A stretch of 63,162 bases of DNA, the filler included, from Octopus bimaculoides (taxonomy: Eukaryota): the NCBI RefSeq assembly GCF_001194135.2. It is 6 parts of 6 records of this genome, joined end to end, with 100 filler letters (N's around TTAATTAATTAA, not from the genome) between each part and the next. Parts side by side here need not be neighbours in the genome. Positions count along the whole stretch, not along the records: positions 1 to 13,601 come from NC_068991.1; positions 13,702 to 20,986 come from NC_068993.1; 4 more parts are not named here. One strand, written 5' to 3'. The notes under the pieces were generated by a model that worked only from the letters and a program-made list of their open reading frames with translations, was not told where the DNA came from and did no database searches. This document shows, in pieces, positions 1 to 14,026 of the stretch. The position numbers and the translations under genes were made by a program. Position 1 is the first letter of the stretch; each line of letters opens with the position of its first letter.

Positions 1-652
1 GCTCTAAGTCACTTCAATTCCCAAAAAAAAAAAAAAAAAACCCAAAAAATTAAGCCCTTGCAAGAAAAAAAAAAGGCATGAATATCGTAACTTCACATCT
101 GCTGGGCCATGAAACGGCACTGGTCTTCAATTCTTCGACAAAAGAAAAAAAAACTGATTGTGTAAAATTTAAAATTTATTTTATTATGCCCTTTTTCATT
201 GTCCCCATCTCTTTTGTCCTAATTCTTCAGTTTTTTTTGTTTTTTTTCCACCCCCCGTCTCTTCCCCCAACCTTCATTCCAACAAACACACTTTCACCTC
301 TGTTGATTTCTCCTCAATTCTACAGTAACATTGATGTATCAAGAAAAAAATGGTAAAAAGGAAGAAAACAGAAATAGACATCCGAAGTTGTCTTTTTGGT
401 GTCCCTTTATAGATTTTTTGCGTAAATTAGTGTGTGAAAGAATACTGATTATGTGATGATGATGATCATGACAATGTTCCGTTCTAATAATAATAATAAT
501 GATAATAATGATGATGATAATCTTTAAATGCCACAAATATTTTGAAAAGAAAATAAGGCTAAAATCATACACTAACAATTTTATATTATTATCAAAATGT
601 TTTACTTTGGTCTCTTGGTAAGCTTTTAAGAGAATTTTATTTTTCACTGTTA

Positions 653-721
653 TTATGTGTATAATACATACATGTATGTAATACTGGTGTGTGTGTGTAG
701 GGATATGTATATGAGTGTGTT

Positions 722-766
<45 letters not shown>

Positions 767-833
767 ATATATGTGTATATATATATGTGTATATATATAT
801 GTGTATATATGTATGTATATATGTATATGTATG

Positions 834-866
<33 letters not shown>

Positions 867-969
867 ATGTATATGTGTTTGTGTATATATATATGCATAT
901 GTATGTGTATATATGTATATATATATATATGTATATATATGCGTATGTATGTATATATATGTGTGCATG

Positions 970-1017
<48 letters not shown>

Positions 1018-1019
1018 TG

Positions 1020-1051
<32 letters not shown>

Positions 1052-1063
1052 ATTATTAAGTGA
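653..1063. repeat. Compound (TA)n/(TG)n microsatellite
   Basis: Seen directly; explains the YI/CV/HT-repeat ORFs in the track. Confidence 0.95.
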
Positions 1064-1644
1064 TAGATATGATAGGAATATATACATATTGAAGTATACC
1101 TACTGTATATACGTATATATATGGCAAGACAACCTGTCTAAAGACAAAGTAACTTGTGGGTGTAACATACGTTTAATATACATCTTTTAATATCGTAACT
1201 TAAAAACAGTATTAAAGATTGGTAGTTTTACGTAATTGATTTGAGTAGGTAGAATTACACACACGCACACACCTATATTTGTAAACGATAAATCAAAATT
1301 GAAACATTTATGTCAGGATTCTGACAAATTGACTCTGTCATTGAACCCATGCTAATCTAAAGCTGTTCAATATTGTTCCTATGCACATTCTCTGCCTATT
1401 ATTTAGATGTAAAATACATACGCTACTGTTTAAAAAGCAATAAGATCTATCGTCATCAATATCGGTGACTTGGCATAATCTCTCTCTGAGCATCAGGCTG
1501 AATATAATGCCTTATGGCATGCCTTCCGGCTCTTAGTGTTGCGTTCAAAGAACGACAGGCTCATATTTGCCCTGGATCCTTCTGCATGTCAATAAAATAG
1601 TTAAGTACTGGAATTGTTAATATTGATGAAACCTGTTTCTTTCA

Positions 1645-2485
1645 TAATTGCTGGCCTTGTGCCTAACTTAGAAACCATCATTATTATTATTATTATTATT
1701 ATTATTAAGGCGAAGGCAGCAAGCTGGCAGAAAGGTTAACATGCCGGGCGAAATGCTTTGTGGATTTCATCTGTCTTTACGTTCTGAGTTCAAATTCCGC
1801 CAAAGTCAACTTTGCCTTTCATTCTTTCAGGGTCATACTAGTTGTGAACTGGGGTCGATCTAATCAACTGGCCCCCTCCCCCAAAATTTTGGGCCTCGTG
1901 CCTAACTTAGAAGCCATCTTTTATTATTAGGGCAAAGGTGGTGAGCTGGCAGAATCGTTAGCATGCTGGACAGAATGCTTAACAGTATTTTGCCAGTCAT
2001 TACATTCTGAGTTCAAATTCTGCTGAGGTCAACTTTGCCTTTCATCCTTTTGGGGTCGATAAATTAAGTACCAGTGAAAGACTGGGGTCGATGTAATCAA
2101 CTAGTCCCCTCCCCACAAATTTCAGGCCTTGTGCCTATAGTAGAAAGAATTATTATTATTATTAAGGCGACAGTCTGGCAGAATCGTTAGCATGCCAGGT
2201 GAAATGCTTAGCAACACTTCATCTGTCTTTACAGGTTGTGTTCAAATTCTGCTGAGATTGCTGGCCTTGTGTCAAAATTCGAAATCGTTATTGTTAACAC
2301 ACTGGAGAAAATACTTGGCAGCATTTCATCTGGCTTTACATTCTGAGTTCAAATTCTACCAAGGTCGTCTTTGCCTTTGGGGTTGATAATTTAAGTACCA
2401 GTTGCGTACTAGGGTTGATGTAATCGACTTAACCCTTCTCCCAAAATTTCAGGCCTTGTGCCTATATTAGAAAGGATTACTATTG
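1645..2485 (+). mobile_element. Head-to-tail train of about 4 tRNA-derived SINEs (octopus OK/OR-like) separated by (ATT)n tails
   Basis: Repeated A-box-like TGGCAGAATCG and B-box GAGTTCAAATTC, shared body ggggtcgat...ggccttgtgcc and ATT tails. Units at about 1710-1928, 1929-2163, 2164-2295 and 2296-2485. Confidence 0.85.
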
Positions 2486-5382
2486 TCACTTGGATGGATA
2501 AATCTATTTGAAATGGCTATATATATAACTAGCTATGAAAGGTAACAAAAATATGCATCAGTTTATCTGAGTGTGTGTGTGTGTGTGGTTCAAAAAATAA
2601 TAATAAAACAGGTAATTTGTTTCTGGAAATTTCTCCTTATATTCATTGCTGTCTTTTGTGAGGTTGGAGCTTGATACTTGTGGCTGAGGAGTCAAGGTTT
2701 CAATTCTGGCTTGATTTATTGATTTAGTAATTAGTTTGTCTAATAAATTATATGAAGTTATTTCCAGATCCCAACTGCAAGGACTGTCTCGAATAAATAT
2801 AAGGAAAAAATGTAAACTTCTTAGTTAAAAAAATAATCAAAAATATTCAGGAAGCTTGTTACACAGTTAAAGCCTGTTTTATATAAAACACATTTCACTA
2901 TACACACATATACATGTAGGGGTGTATGTATATATATATAAATGATATGAATCTGTGTGTACATAAATATTTTACTCTAATAATAAACAAAAGAATGAGA
3001 CTTTGCAATCAAATTCTATATTGTGTTTGAAGTAAAATGTGTTTGTATGTGTGAGCTTGAATTATGTATGGTGCATGTATGTATGTGTGTGTGTGTGTGT
3101 ATAAATATATAAATAGCGTGTGTTCATATGAAAACAAAACAATATTTTCTTTGTTTTGTTGTATTTAATTTTGAAAGTTTTTTCTTAAGATCTTTTGTTT
3201 TATGTTCTCTCCATTCCTCCTCCTCCTTCTCCTCCTAACCACCATCACCATTTCCAATATGTGTTCAGACACTGGAGCTTCCTATAATGATAATAATAAT
3301 AATAATAATAATAATAATTGTTCTCACCTCCCCTACCGCCACCACCACCATCTCTCATATATGCTAGACAGTGAGGCTTCATAATATTGTTCTGAAAATT
3401 TAACTCCCCCCCCNNNNNNNNNNCAAAAAAAAATAATAATAATAATTAAAAGGTGTATTTAACAAAAATGTATGTATAAAAAACGTTTTCCATTTTAAAT
3501 ATATATATATTTATATATATATATTTATATATACACACATATATATATAAGCAACACTTAGACGGTAATTAATATATATATATATATATTAATTTGTACA
3601 TGTGTCAGGATTTTACTGTATAATAATTTTAAATTTTTATTTGAATTTTTTTTTAATTGAATGGAAAAAAAGACAAAATTAAAAAAAGATAATCATATAC
3701 GTACATACATATATATATTTGCGTATGTATATATGTGTATGTGTGTGTAGATGTGTGTGTGTACACATATATAGATATATATAGACACACACATATATGC
3801 ACAAGTTATATCGATGCTGTTCACTGCCAGTGGTGATTCTTAGAGTGTGTCTGGAATTCTTTGACACATCTCATGTTGCCTATGAAGAAAATATTGAAGC
3901 ACAGTTTTATAGGCCTGTGGTAATTAAGTATTACTAACGAATGGTATTACTTAATTAAAAATGACTGATGATGATGGTAATAATAATAATAATGATAATA
4001 ACAATAAATTTAAAATATTTCTAATATGCACACCTAAAATTCTTTATGGTCGTGAATTATAACATAGGAGAGACAGATAGATTTTGGTGCTTCCTCTGGA
4101 AATTTATTGGGAAATTTTATTGCTGATAAAGGTTGAATGATACAAGTTTACTGTTTTTGTTATAAATTTTGTATGCTTGTGATATATATGTGTGTATATA
4201 TANNNNNNNNNNTATGTATGTATATATATATATATATATATACATATATATGTATGTGTATATACATGTGTATGATTGTAAATACATACGTATGAGTGTC
4301 TGCATGAATGTATGAGGTTATGTGAATATTTTTGGTCATCAATATGAAATATTTAAAATTTATGTACCAATGCTCAACCATACAATGTCGATGTGCATTT
4401 ACTAATTTCTATTTTGGAGTATACCATTGTGCATGTATTTGTACGTGTGGGCGTGTGCAGTTTTGTAGTTAGGTGTTTCGTTGTCTATAAAAGTGCAATT
4501 TTCATATATTTTTTTTCTTTATTTTTCCCCCTCCCCCCTTCTCCTTGCAAATATATAATGGCCCATTTCTTGTCATCTAATATATAAAAATATATATATA
4601 CGTACTGTTATGTTAACATGTAAATTTTGTTGAAGACAGGTGTTTTTTTAAAAAAAAAATAATAAAAGGAAAAATAACATTAAAAATAAAATTCTTGTTT
4701 AGTTAAAGGGGGAGGGTTACTAAGATCTAGGGTGTTTCCCCTACCCCACTACCACCCATTAAATTCTTCGTTAATTACATCAGAACATATTTATAATGGC
4801 ATTTCAAGGATTCATCTCAAAGCTAGTATGCATGTGTATGTTTGTGTGTGAGTTTGTGTGTATGTCTGCATGTTTGTGCATCATTTATACCTCTACCTCT
4901 GACCTAGGAGTCACCTGATTAAAGTGTCACTCGGCCACTTGACTGGGTGTGTATGTGGGAAGGGGGACCCTTCCCCTTATACCCACCCTGCCCTGCCCTC
5001 CCAAACGGTTGTGAGTTTGTATTCTGACACCAGCCATCTCATAAATCCTGGCTGAGAAGAACCCATCGTGTACATCACTGTACATCACGCTGGGTTTGTT
5101 TTAGATGGGCCGACAATGAAGGCCCCTTACATCACAATGAGGAAGTGACACCCTCCTCCAATGCTAATATTTTTCTATTTTATTTTTAGTTTATGTTCAA
5201 TTATATTTGTCAGTAATTAGGTAGAGATGCAGGTGTAATAAAAATTATAAATAATAACGATAATATCTATATTTATTGATAGATCTTAAATATAAACTGG
5301 CTCTATCGCTCATATTTGAAATTCTCACTTGTCGTGTTTTTTCTTTTTATCATAGATTCATTTTATTGGGGTAAATAATAAT

Positions 5383-5393
5383 TTGGCCATATA

Positions 5394-5442
<49 letters not shown>

Positions 5443-5495
5443 ATGTATATATATATGTGTGTGTGTATGTATATATATATATATATATGTGTGTG

Positions 5496-5556
<61 letters not shown>

Positions 5557-5610
5557 ATGTATATATATATATATATATATGTGTGTGTATATATATATAT
5601 ATATAATGTA
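5383..5610. repeat. (TA)n/(TG)n microsatellite
   Basis: Seen directly. Confidence 0.95.
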
Positions 5611-7679
5611 TATGTACAAGCCTATGCAGGTGCTATGAATATGTAATGAGCTGTGGTAGTGGTCATTCTTATTGTGATGGGGGTGGGGTTTGGTAATGAC
5701 AGAGTAAACGAGGTGGGTGTTTTCTAAGGCAGCTAGACTCACAAAAAAAAAGAAAAGCAAATGATTGTGACATAAGGGGGGTGGGGGTGGGGAAGAAACA
5801 CTAATTGGAACCAACCATCTTAGGTATTAGATGGTGGTGGGCATCAACATTGGCAACAGAATGGAATGGAATGAAATGAAATGGAATTGAAATAATGGTT
5901 AGCAAATATTGGTGCAGCAGAGCTACTTGTGCCACAAGTACCTGACACATTTTTAACTGCAGCTAATTATGCTGTTTAGTACATACATACATGTGTGTGT
6001 ATATATATGTATATATATATATGTATGTATGTATAACTACAACTTCTGGTTCTTGTATTTTTAAGTGGAGTTTTCATTTTTCACCAAATTGAGCAGAAAT
6101 ATCTGGGATACATTAGTTGTGTGTGTGGTGGGGGCTGATAAATGGAATATATAGAGAGAGGGAGAGAGAGAGAGAGAGAGAAGCAGATAAATGTTTACAA
6201 AAAGAAACTAAAATGATTGTGCCAAGTAAAGTGGGGGGTGGGTATATGAATTATCTCCTTATAATAGTGGTCTTTGCTTATTGCAATTGTTGTGTAATAT
6301 ATATTAAACTTTAACTGTTTCATTAATTTTTATTTTATTTATTCAGTTTTTTTGTTTTTTTTTTATATTTTATACTTCACTATCCACCTCCAACAATACA
6401 CCCACTCACCCTGATAGATGTGTTTGGTTTTTTTTTTTAAATGAAATTTGAAAAAAAGAAGTTTTTTTTTAATCATGGTAGGCTAAGAGGAACATTTTCT
6501 TCAGATTGAATTTTTTTCTTTTGTTTAAAAATATTTTACATCCTTTTTTTCCCCCCTATACAAAAACAAAAAAATGATGGTATTATTGAAAATATGAATA
6601 TAATTTATTTTTAAATATAAATTTTGGATTTTTTTTTTTTTTTTTGTGTATATGTATACATGGGTGTGTTTGTTAACGGCAGTTACATAAGACAGTGAAA
6701 TTTAAGAAAAACAACAAAAAAATATCATTTTAAGAACAGCAAAATATAAATACAGGTTACAAAAAAAATATTAAAGCATAAAAAAAAAAATGGGCCAACA
6801 AGGTGAAAGCAAGCAGTTTTGCTAATTGGTAATTTTGTATAAGAGTATGGGGCGGTCACAAAATGTGCAATATAGAGATTATTTTTCACTGAATAATTGG
6901 TGTATATTAATCAATCATAATCTTATATATATAAATATATGTAAAATATATATATATATCAAGAACAACAATAATAATAATAATAGTAATGATAATAATA
7001 ATAAACAGAAGGCTAGGTGGTTCAACGCATGTTACATAACAACGTCAATTTTAATAACATTATTGTAAGTATTTCTCTCATGCAATTTTTGTATTACCTG
7101 TTTTACTTAGTTCTGTGTTTACTTTTGGCTCCCAAATAATCTCTGGGATTTACACCTTCATACACACGTATATTATATAATAGATATGTATACAAATTCT
7201 CTTTTCTACCCACCTATTTTGAAGTTTTTCAGTCTACCTTTGCCTCCCATTTCACCTCGTTTGTTGCTAGACACATTCACATTCGCACACACTTGTGTTC
7301 TATTATAAGGAAAACCCTTTTATTTAATGGTTCGTGTGTGTGCTAAATAGTTTTATTTTCCTTTAGTTGCTATAACTTAGGTTTGATAAAGTGTTCTCAT
7401 TAATCAGCTGCTCTCCCACTCTCTCTCTCTCTCCCCCCATTTCCTTATCATCAATACCCACCCTGCTTTGCACTGCTCCAAGCCCTTTTGTGCTGCCCAC
7501 TGCCAATGTTAACACCATATAGTTGCTTCAACCCTAATAGTTACCAACTCTGAAAAAGAAAAACGTGCTAACAGCAGCACTGTCATTGTTTATTTATTTT
7601 TTTTATTTATTTATTTTTATTTTTTTGTTTCTTAGAAGAAAAATGTTTGTTGATATTTTTTTACTCCTAAAAAATGGAG

Positions 7680-8262
7680 CTGTTAGTTTCTAATATGATG
7701 CCCAAGAGATGAAATATACTCCAGCCTATAGCTTCTAATAATTCCAAACCAATACATATATACATACATACAAATATGTATATATAAATATATATATATA
7801 TATATATGTATTCTTTGCTATAGTTTCTAATAACCATACCACAGAGATGAAAAATATACTCCTTGTTATAATTTCTAATAACACTCAACAGAGATGAAAA
7901 AATACACTCTTACTATCGTTTCTAATAATGCATCACATAAAGAGATGAAGACATCTTCCTATAATTTCTAATAATATCCATGAGTTAATATACTCCTTGC
8001 TATAATTTCTAATATCAATTTATCAGATATACTCCTGTCTATAATTTCTAATACTCCTTCTTACAGAGCTGAAATATACTCCTGGTTATAGAGTTTCTAA
8101 TAAGCCTTTTACAGTGCTGAACTGTTCTTTTGGCTGTAGTTTCTAATAAACCCTGTACAGACACAAAGTTTACTCCTTTGCTTTGCTGTAGTTTCCAACA
8201 AACTCTTTAATAGACATAAAAATATTTACTCCTGGCTCTAGTTTCTAATACGTCACCCAACA
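7680..8262. repeat. Degenerate 40-50 bp minisatellite, about 12 units
   Basis: Recurring cagagatgaaatatactcct..tata(a/g)tttctaata. About 12 tttctaat-type cores between about 7688 and 8250, interrupted once by a TA tract. Confidence 0.85.
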
Positions 8263-9694
8263 TTCTCCTTGTATTTCTTATTTACCAGTCATGACCGTTG
8301 GTAAATTACAAATGTAAATGACATTTTTTTTTTTTCATATATATATATTTTTTTTAACCTTTATTAATGTTGCTCTTTCATTAATCTGGAAACTGTACAA
8401 AAAGACAAAAAAAAAAAAAAAATTACGTCTGAGGTTGTGGGTTATGTGAATGTCACACCTTGGAATGTGTTGTGGCTTAAATTCATTGCCCACCCCTCCT
8501 TCCCATCTTAGACTCAATCTTCCATGTCAGGGTTCAGAACTGGAGTCGTTTTAAACTTAAGACTCCCATCAAGGGTCTATCAGTATTTTGGTGGTGGTCG
8601 TGGTGGTCATGGTGGTAGATTAAAAACAGGGGGTGCTTTTAGTTTTTTTATCGTATTTTTTATATTAATTTAGGTTCTCCCTTTTTGTACGTTTGTTTTA
8701 TACACCCCCCTCCATTCTCATTCCCTTCCCCACCACCAACTGCAGTACTCAATATTGATATAATTATTCAAATTAATATATTTATATTGATTAATTTAAA
8801 TTGGTTTTAAATTCTAATTTTCCCTCTTTTTTTTTTTCTTTTTTGGTGGTATTAGAAAAATGTACATTAGAGCACCACTCACTTCCCTCTCTTCCCCTGT
8901 TCCTCTTCTCTTCAAAGTTTTCATCAGTCATCATCATCATCATAGTCATTAGGCATTGTGGTGGTGGAGGAGGAGGAGGAGACTAGTAGTCAAGTTCTCA
9001 ATGAGCCAGATTCCATCTCTGGTCCAGTTTCTTTAATCCAGTCAGATCTGGAGTAGTGATGAACACCACATATTCCCATCACCCTCTCTCCCTCCTTCTT
9101 AGTACATCCATCATTTCCAATTCCTATCATCATCATCATCTTCATTATTATCATCATTATTTTCGTTGTTGTTGTTGTTGTTGCTGTTGTGACAGGCCAG
9201 TGGATGGATGCAGTGAGAGAGAGAGAGAAAAAAAATTTATCTTGGTGTGAATGGAATTTGCAGCCCGGTTTTAATTGAGTTCCGTGACAGAGGGGATGGG
9301 AGTGGAGGTGGAGAGGAAGAGCTTTGCTTAACGATGATGCTGCTTCATTATTCCTTAGGAAAAGGCATAAACATCACAACTTCTCTCACTGGTACATGAT
9401 TTCAATTGTCAGTAAGTTTTTATTAGAATTTCATCTTCAACAGATGATCTTCTCTTTTGTCCCTTCCCTTCTTCTAATAATCCTTTTCTTTCTTTCTTCC
9501 ACCACCACCACTACTGCCACCAACCTAACCCCTCTCCCCACCCTTGTTGTACCCAGATTTTTAAGGGCTTCCCCCTTGGTGTAGTGCTCTGTTCACAAAG
9601 GGTCTGTAATCAAGGAAATATATTTACCAGTGTATTTTCTTGACTAGCAATGCAGCTTTTTTGAAAGCACAAATTCTACATTTTTTTTATATAT

Positions 9695-9731
<37 letters not shown>

Positions 9732-10474
9732 NNNNNNNNNNNNNNNNNNNNNNNNNNNNNNNNNNNNNNNNNNNNNNNNNNNNNNNNNNNNNNNNNNNNN
9801 NNNNNNNNNNNNNNNNNNNNNNNNNNNNNNNNNNNNNNNNNNNNNNNNNNNNNNNNNNNNNNNNNNNNNNNNNNNNNNNNNNNNNNNNNNNNNNNNNNNN
9901 NNNNNNNNNNNNNNNNNNNNNNNNNNNNNNNNNNNNNNNNNNNNNNNNNNNNNNNNNNNNNNNNNNNNNNNNNNNNNNNNNNNNNNNNNNNNNNNNNNNN
10001 NNNNNNNNNNNNNNNNNNNNNNNNNNNNNNNNNNNNNNNNNNNNNNNNNNNNNNNNNNNNNNNNNNNNNNNNNNNNNNNNNNNNNNNNNNNNNNNNNNNN
10101 NNNNNNNNNNNNNNNNNNNNNNNNNNNNNNNNNNNNNNNNNNNNNNNNNNNNNNNNNNNNNNNNNNNNNNNNNNNNNNNNNNNNNNNNNNNNNNNNNNNN
10201 NNNNNNNNNNNNNNNNNNNNNNNNNNNNNNNNNNNNNNNNNNNNNNNNNNNNNNNNNNNNNNNNNNNNNNNNNNNNNNNNNNNNNNNNNNNNNNNNNNNN
10301 NNNNNNNNNNNNNNNNNNNNNNNNNNNNNNNNNNNNNNNNNNNNNNNNNNNNNNNNNNNNNNNNNNNNNNNNNNNNNNNNNNNNNNNNNNNNNNNNNNNN
10401 NNNNNNNNNNNNNNNNNNNNNNNNNNNNNNNNNNNNNNNNNNNNNNNNNNNNNNNNNGACATGTTTTTATATTA

Positions 10475-10506
<32 letters not shown>

Positions 10507-10620
10507 GCAAAACTCAATAACAACAAAATAAGACTGAATCAAATTTATAATGTTCTGTCATTTGATAAGGCTCTATGAATTAAGTAGTATATGTGTGTAT
10601 ATATATATGTATATGGGTTG

Positions 10621-10663
<43 letters not shown>

Positions 10664-11714
10664 CCTATTTACAGATATATATTTAGGTGTAGGCATGAAT
10701 ACAAATGTGTGTGTGTGTGTGTGTGTGAATTATTCTTATATAAAATAAAATTCACTTTCTTGCCAAGTGGACATTTTACAGAACTGTTCTTTCAGCTCTT
10801 TGAAAAAAGGAAGATAGATAACATACATACAGCCACACACACTAAAACAAGACCAACTATAAAAACTAAGAAATACTTGCCCCTATGAATTTTTGATTCC
10901 TTATTCAAGCATTTTTTATTCTCTAAAGTTAATTTGAATTCACAAATGTTCCAACGTTCAACATTATATATATGTATATATATATATATATATATGTGTG
11001 TGTTTGCACATGTGCACATGCGTAAACACAACACTTAGCAACAGAAGACATACATGCAATTCGAGTTTTTTTTTTTTCTCAGGAACAGTGGCCATAAGGC
11101 AGAGCTAATTAGAAGTAGTAATGAGTATTTGTACTTTTAAATTTTGATGTGTGTGAAGGTTAGGGCTACCATCTTTGCCACTGGGGTAAACACAAAAACT
11201 GCCTGTTCTGTTAAGATGGGTTGCTGGCAGTTAACGAGGCAGTTTATTATTACTGTCTCATAAATAATCAAAATACCTGCACTGATATTTCAACAAAACA
11301 CATTTGTAAAATTAATTTTGTGTATTATTTAAATAAGAACATTTGAAAAATCATAAGGATGTATAAAAACAAGTATATCACCTCGTTACACAGAAATATT
11401 TTTTATGGTTAATATTATGAGAATATTTTCATCATAATGATGGTGGTGGGGTAGGAAATGTGTAAGGATGAGGAAAGAAAAGGCGATATAATAATAATAG
11501 TAATGATGATGATGAAGATGATAACTGCAATTGCCGGTCAACAAAGTTTATGTAAAAGGGGTGCACTAGAAAAACCCATTGATTGTTCAGAGTCTAAGGA
11601 TACGTGCTAGGGGACAACATGGGTATTTCTGGACAATAAAACAAGCACTTCTATGATTATTATTATTATTATTACTATTATTATTATTGGAGTGGTATGT
11701 CTAATATATTTATA

Positions 11715-11763
<49 letters not shown>

Positions 11764-12191
11764 CATTTTCTTTTGTTTGTTTCCTTTGCACAAAATACAA
11801 AAATGTAAAGAAAGAATAAAGAAAAAGAATTAGAAATAAAAAAAAAAACAACATGCGAAATTACCACTCAGTTTGATGTAAAGGGGAGACCCAAACCTAG
11901 AAACTCATCAGCCAAATAACTATAAATTTAACTGAAGAAGTGTAATAATAATAATAATAATGATGATGATAATAATAATAATCCATGTTAATGTCTCTAT
12001 GCCATAATGTGATCCCAAAAATGCGCTGCTCTAATAGTGATTCCAATTGGCCGGAAAAAAACTACATACCATCCGACTAATGTTGGTTTGTATGTCTTAT
12101 ATTTTCGCTTTGGTATCACCACAATATTCTATGCTAGTACTTCCCTGAATTTTCTTCTAATATTATCCCTCTCCCCACTTCCACCTCTCTA

Positions 12192-12243
<52 letters not shown>

Positions 12244-12255
12244 NNNNNNNNNNCT

Positions 12256-12309
<54 letters not shown>

Positions 12310-12481
12310 ACAATGGTGACATCTGTGAGTGTGTGATTGATACAAGGCATGTAGAATATATATATATTTCTTTATATATTGCGTTTATTTTGATTCTGGC
12401 CAGATTCACTGCTATTATATAATTAGTATGGCATGCTGATTGTCATTTGTGTATGAACATAACACAGACATACACATACAC

Positions 12482-12514
<33 letters not shown>

Positions 12515-13121
12515 TGTATATATGTGGGCACATACAACTTATATTTTCTTTCAAATGGCCTTTTGTATAGTATTAACAGTACACTCATGAATCTTGTTCC
12601 CCAAATACATTCAATAATTGATTGATTGATTGATCATCATGTAAACTTACCACCCACCCTTAAAATCCTTCCCTCACTCCTGTTCTGCTTCTCTGTAAAG
12701 TACTTTTTTTTTATTCCCTATTCCTGTGGTTTCAGTTCATAATTTATTGCGACATACATACATATAGATAGATTGATAGATAGATATGATACGATATATA
12801 TATATGATCTATGTGATATCCAATAGAGGAGGAGGGGAAATGATAAATAAAGAATTACTGCTCTTTATTTCTTTTTCTTTATTTATATATTTTTTGTAGT
12901 TTTTTATTAAAATTTTTTTTTTGTTCACTCCTTTTCTCCCCTCCTTCTCCCACTAAGTCTTCTTTTCACTAATGTCTGTATGATCTAGGAATGGTCGATT
13001 TTGTGATATACATGATTTCTGTTAATTGTACCTTTTTCTGTTTGTTTGTTTTTTTTTTGTTTTGTTTATTCTGATCATCTCACTTAGAATTAGCACAGAT
13101 TTAAATGGTGTGCATGTGTAA

Positions 13122-13166
<45 letters not shown>

Positions 13167-13601
13167 TATACATCCATACATTCAATGATCACCTTCTGAT
13201 GTCACCAATTAGTGAACGAGTGTATAGCATGCATGTGCGTATGTGAGTGTGTTTGTATCTATTCTACCTGTGTGATTTAGACTCACTGTATTTTTTATTT
13301 TAAACCTTTTTAAAATTCATTTTTACACCTTGTGCTCAAAAAAAAAAATCTTAAAAGAAGAAAAAAAAAAACTTTAAAAAAAATATTCTGAACCAATTTG
13401 TAATAGTCTTGTTGGTACATAAGTTTATACTGCAGGACGTTGAAAAATATCTTGCATTCCTGTTGCATATTGGTTGATGTCACATCTTGTATTTGTATTG
13501 GAAAAAACTATATCTGGGGGAAAAAAAATTTTTTTTAATGACTATGTAATTATTATCCACTATGTCAAATCTACTTCTATGTATTATTATTTCTACCAAT
13601 G

Positions 13602-13701
13602 NNNNNNNNNNNNNNNNNNNNNNNNNNNNNNNNNNNNNNNNNNNNTTAATTAATTAANNNNNNNNNNNNNNNNNNNNNNNNNNNNNNNNNNNNNNNNNNN
13701 N
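13602..13701. other. Artificial scaffold linker N44-TTAATTAATTAA-N44
   Basis: Exactly 100 bp. Identical construct at 20987-21086, 32332-32431, 46566-46665 and 58689-58788. Confidence 0.95.
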
Positions 13702-13744
<43 letters not shown>

Positions 13745-13784
13745 CTATATATATGTATATATATGTGTATACATACATATATGC

Positions 13785-13816
<32 letters not shown>

Positions 13817-13991
13817 ATATATATATATATAAGTTCAAAAAAACAACAAAGTGAGGACGTGATATGGATAGTGTTATTGGACGCTCAGGAAAGGAAAGAT
13901 ATACATACATTTATATATACATATACATTTATATGTATATATATATGTATTCATATATGTGTGTGTGTATATATATATATATTTGTATGTG

Positions 13992-14026
<35 letters not shown>

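Noticed and set aside
339-1087. Long ORFs of 110-395 aa here and at 5383, 9640, 15262, 18998, 37398, 38199 and similar sites
   Set aside because: Translations of TA/TG/CA microsatellites or N gaps; no coding signal.
3072-4872. Five TGCATG (Rbfox) hexamers
   Set aside because: All sit in TG/TA-rich simple sequence where the hexamer arises easily; no adjacent exon identified.
5775-5795. G-rich tract as a G-quadruplex
   Set aside because: Only three separated G runs; weak and unremarkable.
11082-11150. Strong splice acceptor followed by possible donors
   Set aside because: No recognisable peptide in any frame; cannot be supported without RNA data.
13646-13657. TTAATTAATTAA as a repeated biological motif or CRISPR-like repeat
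   Set aside because: Always centred in an exact 100-bp N block; it is a scaffolding linker.
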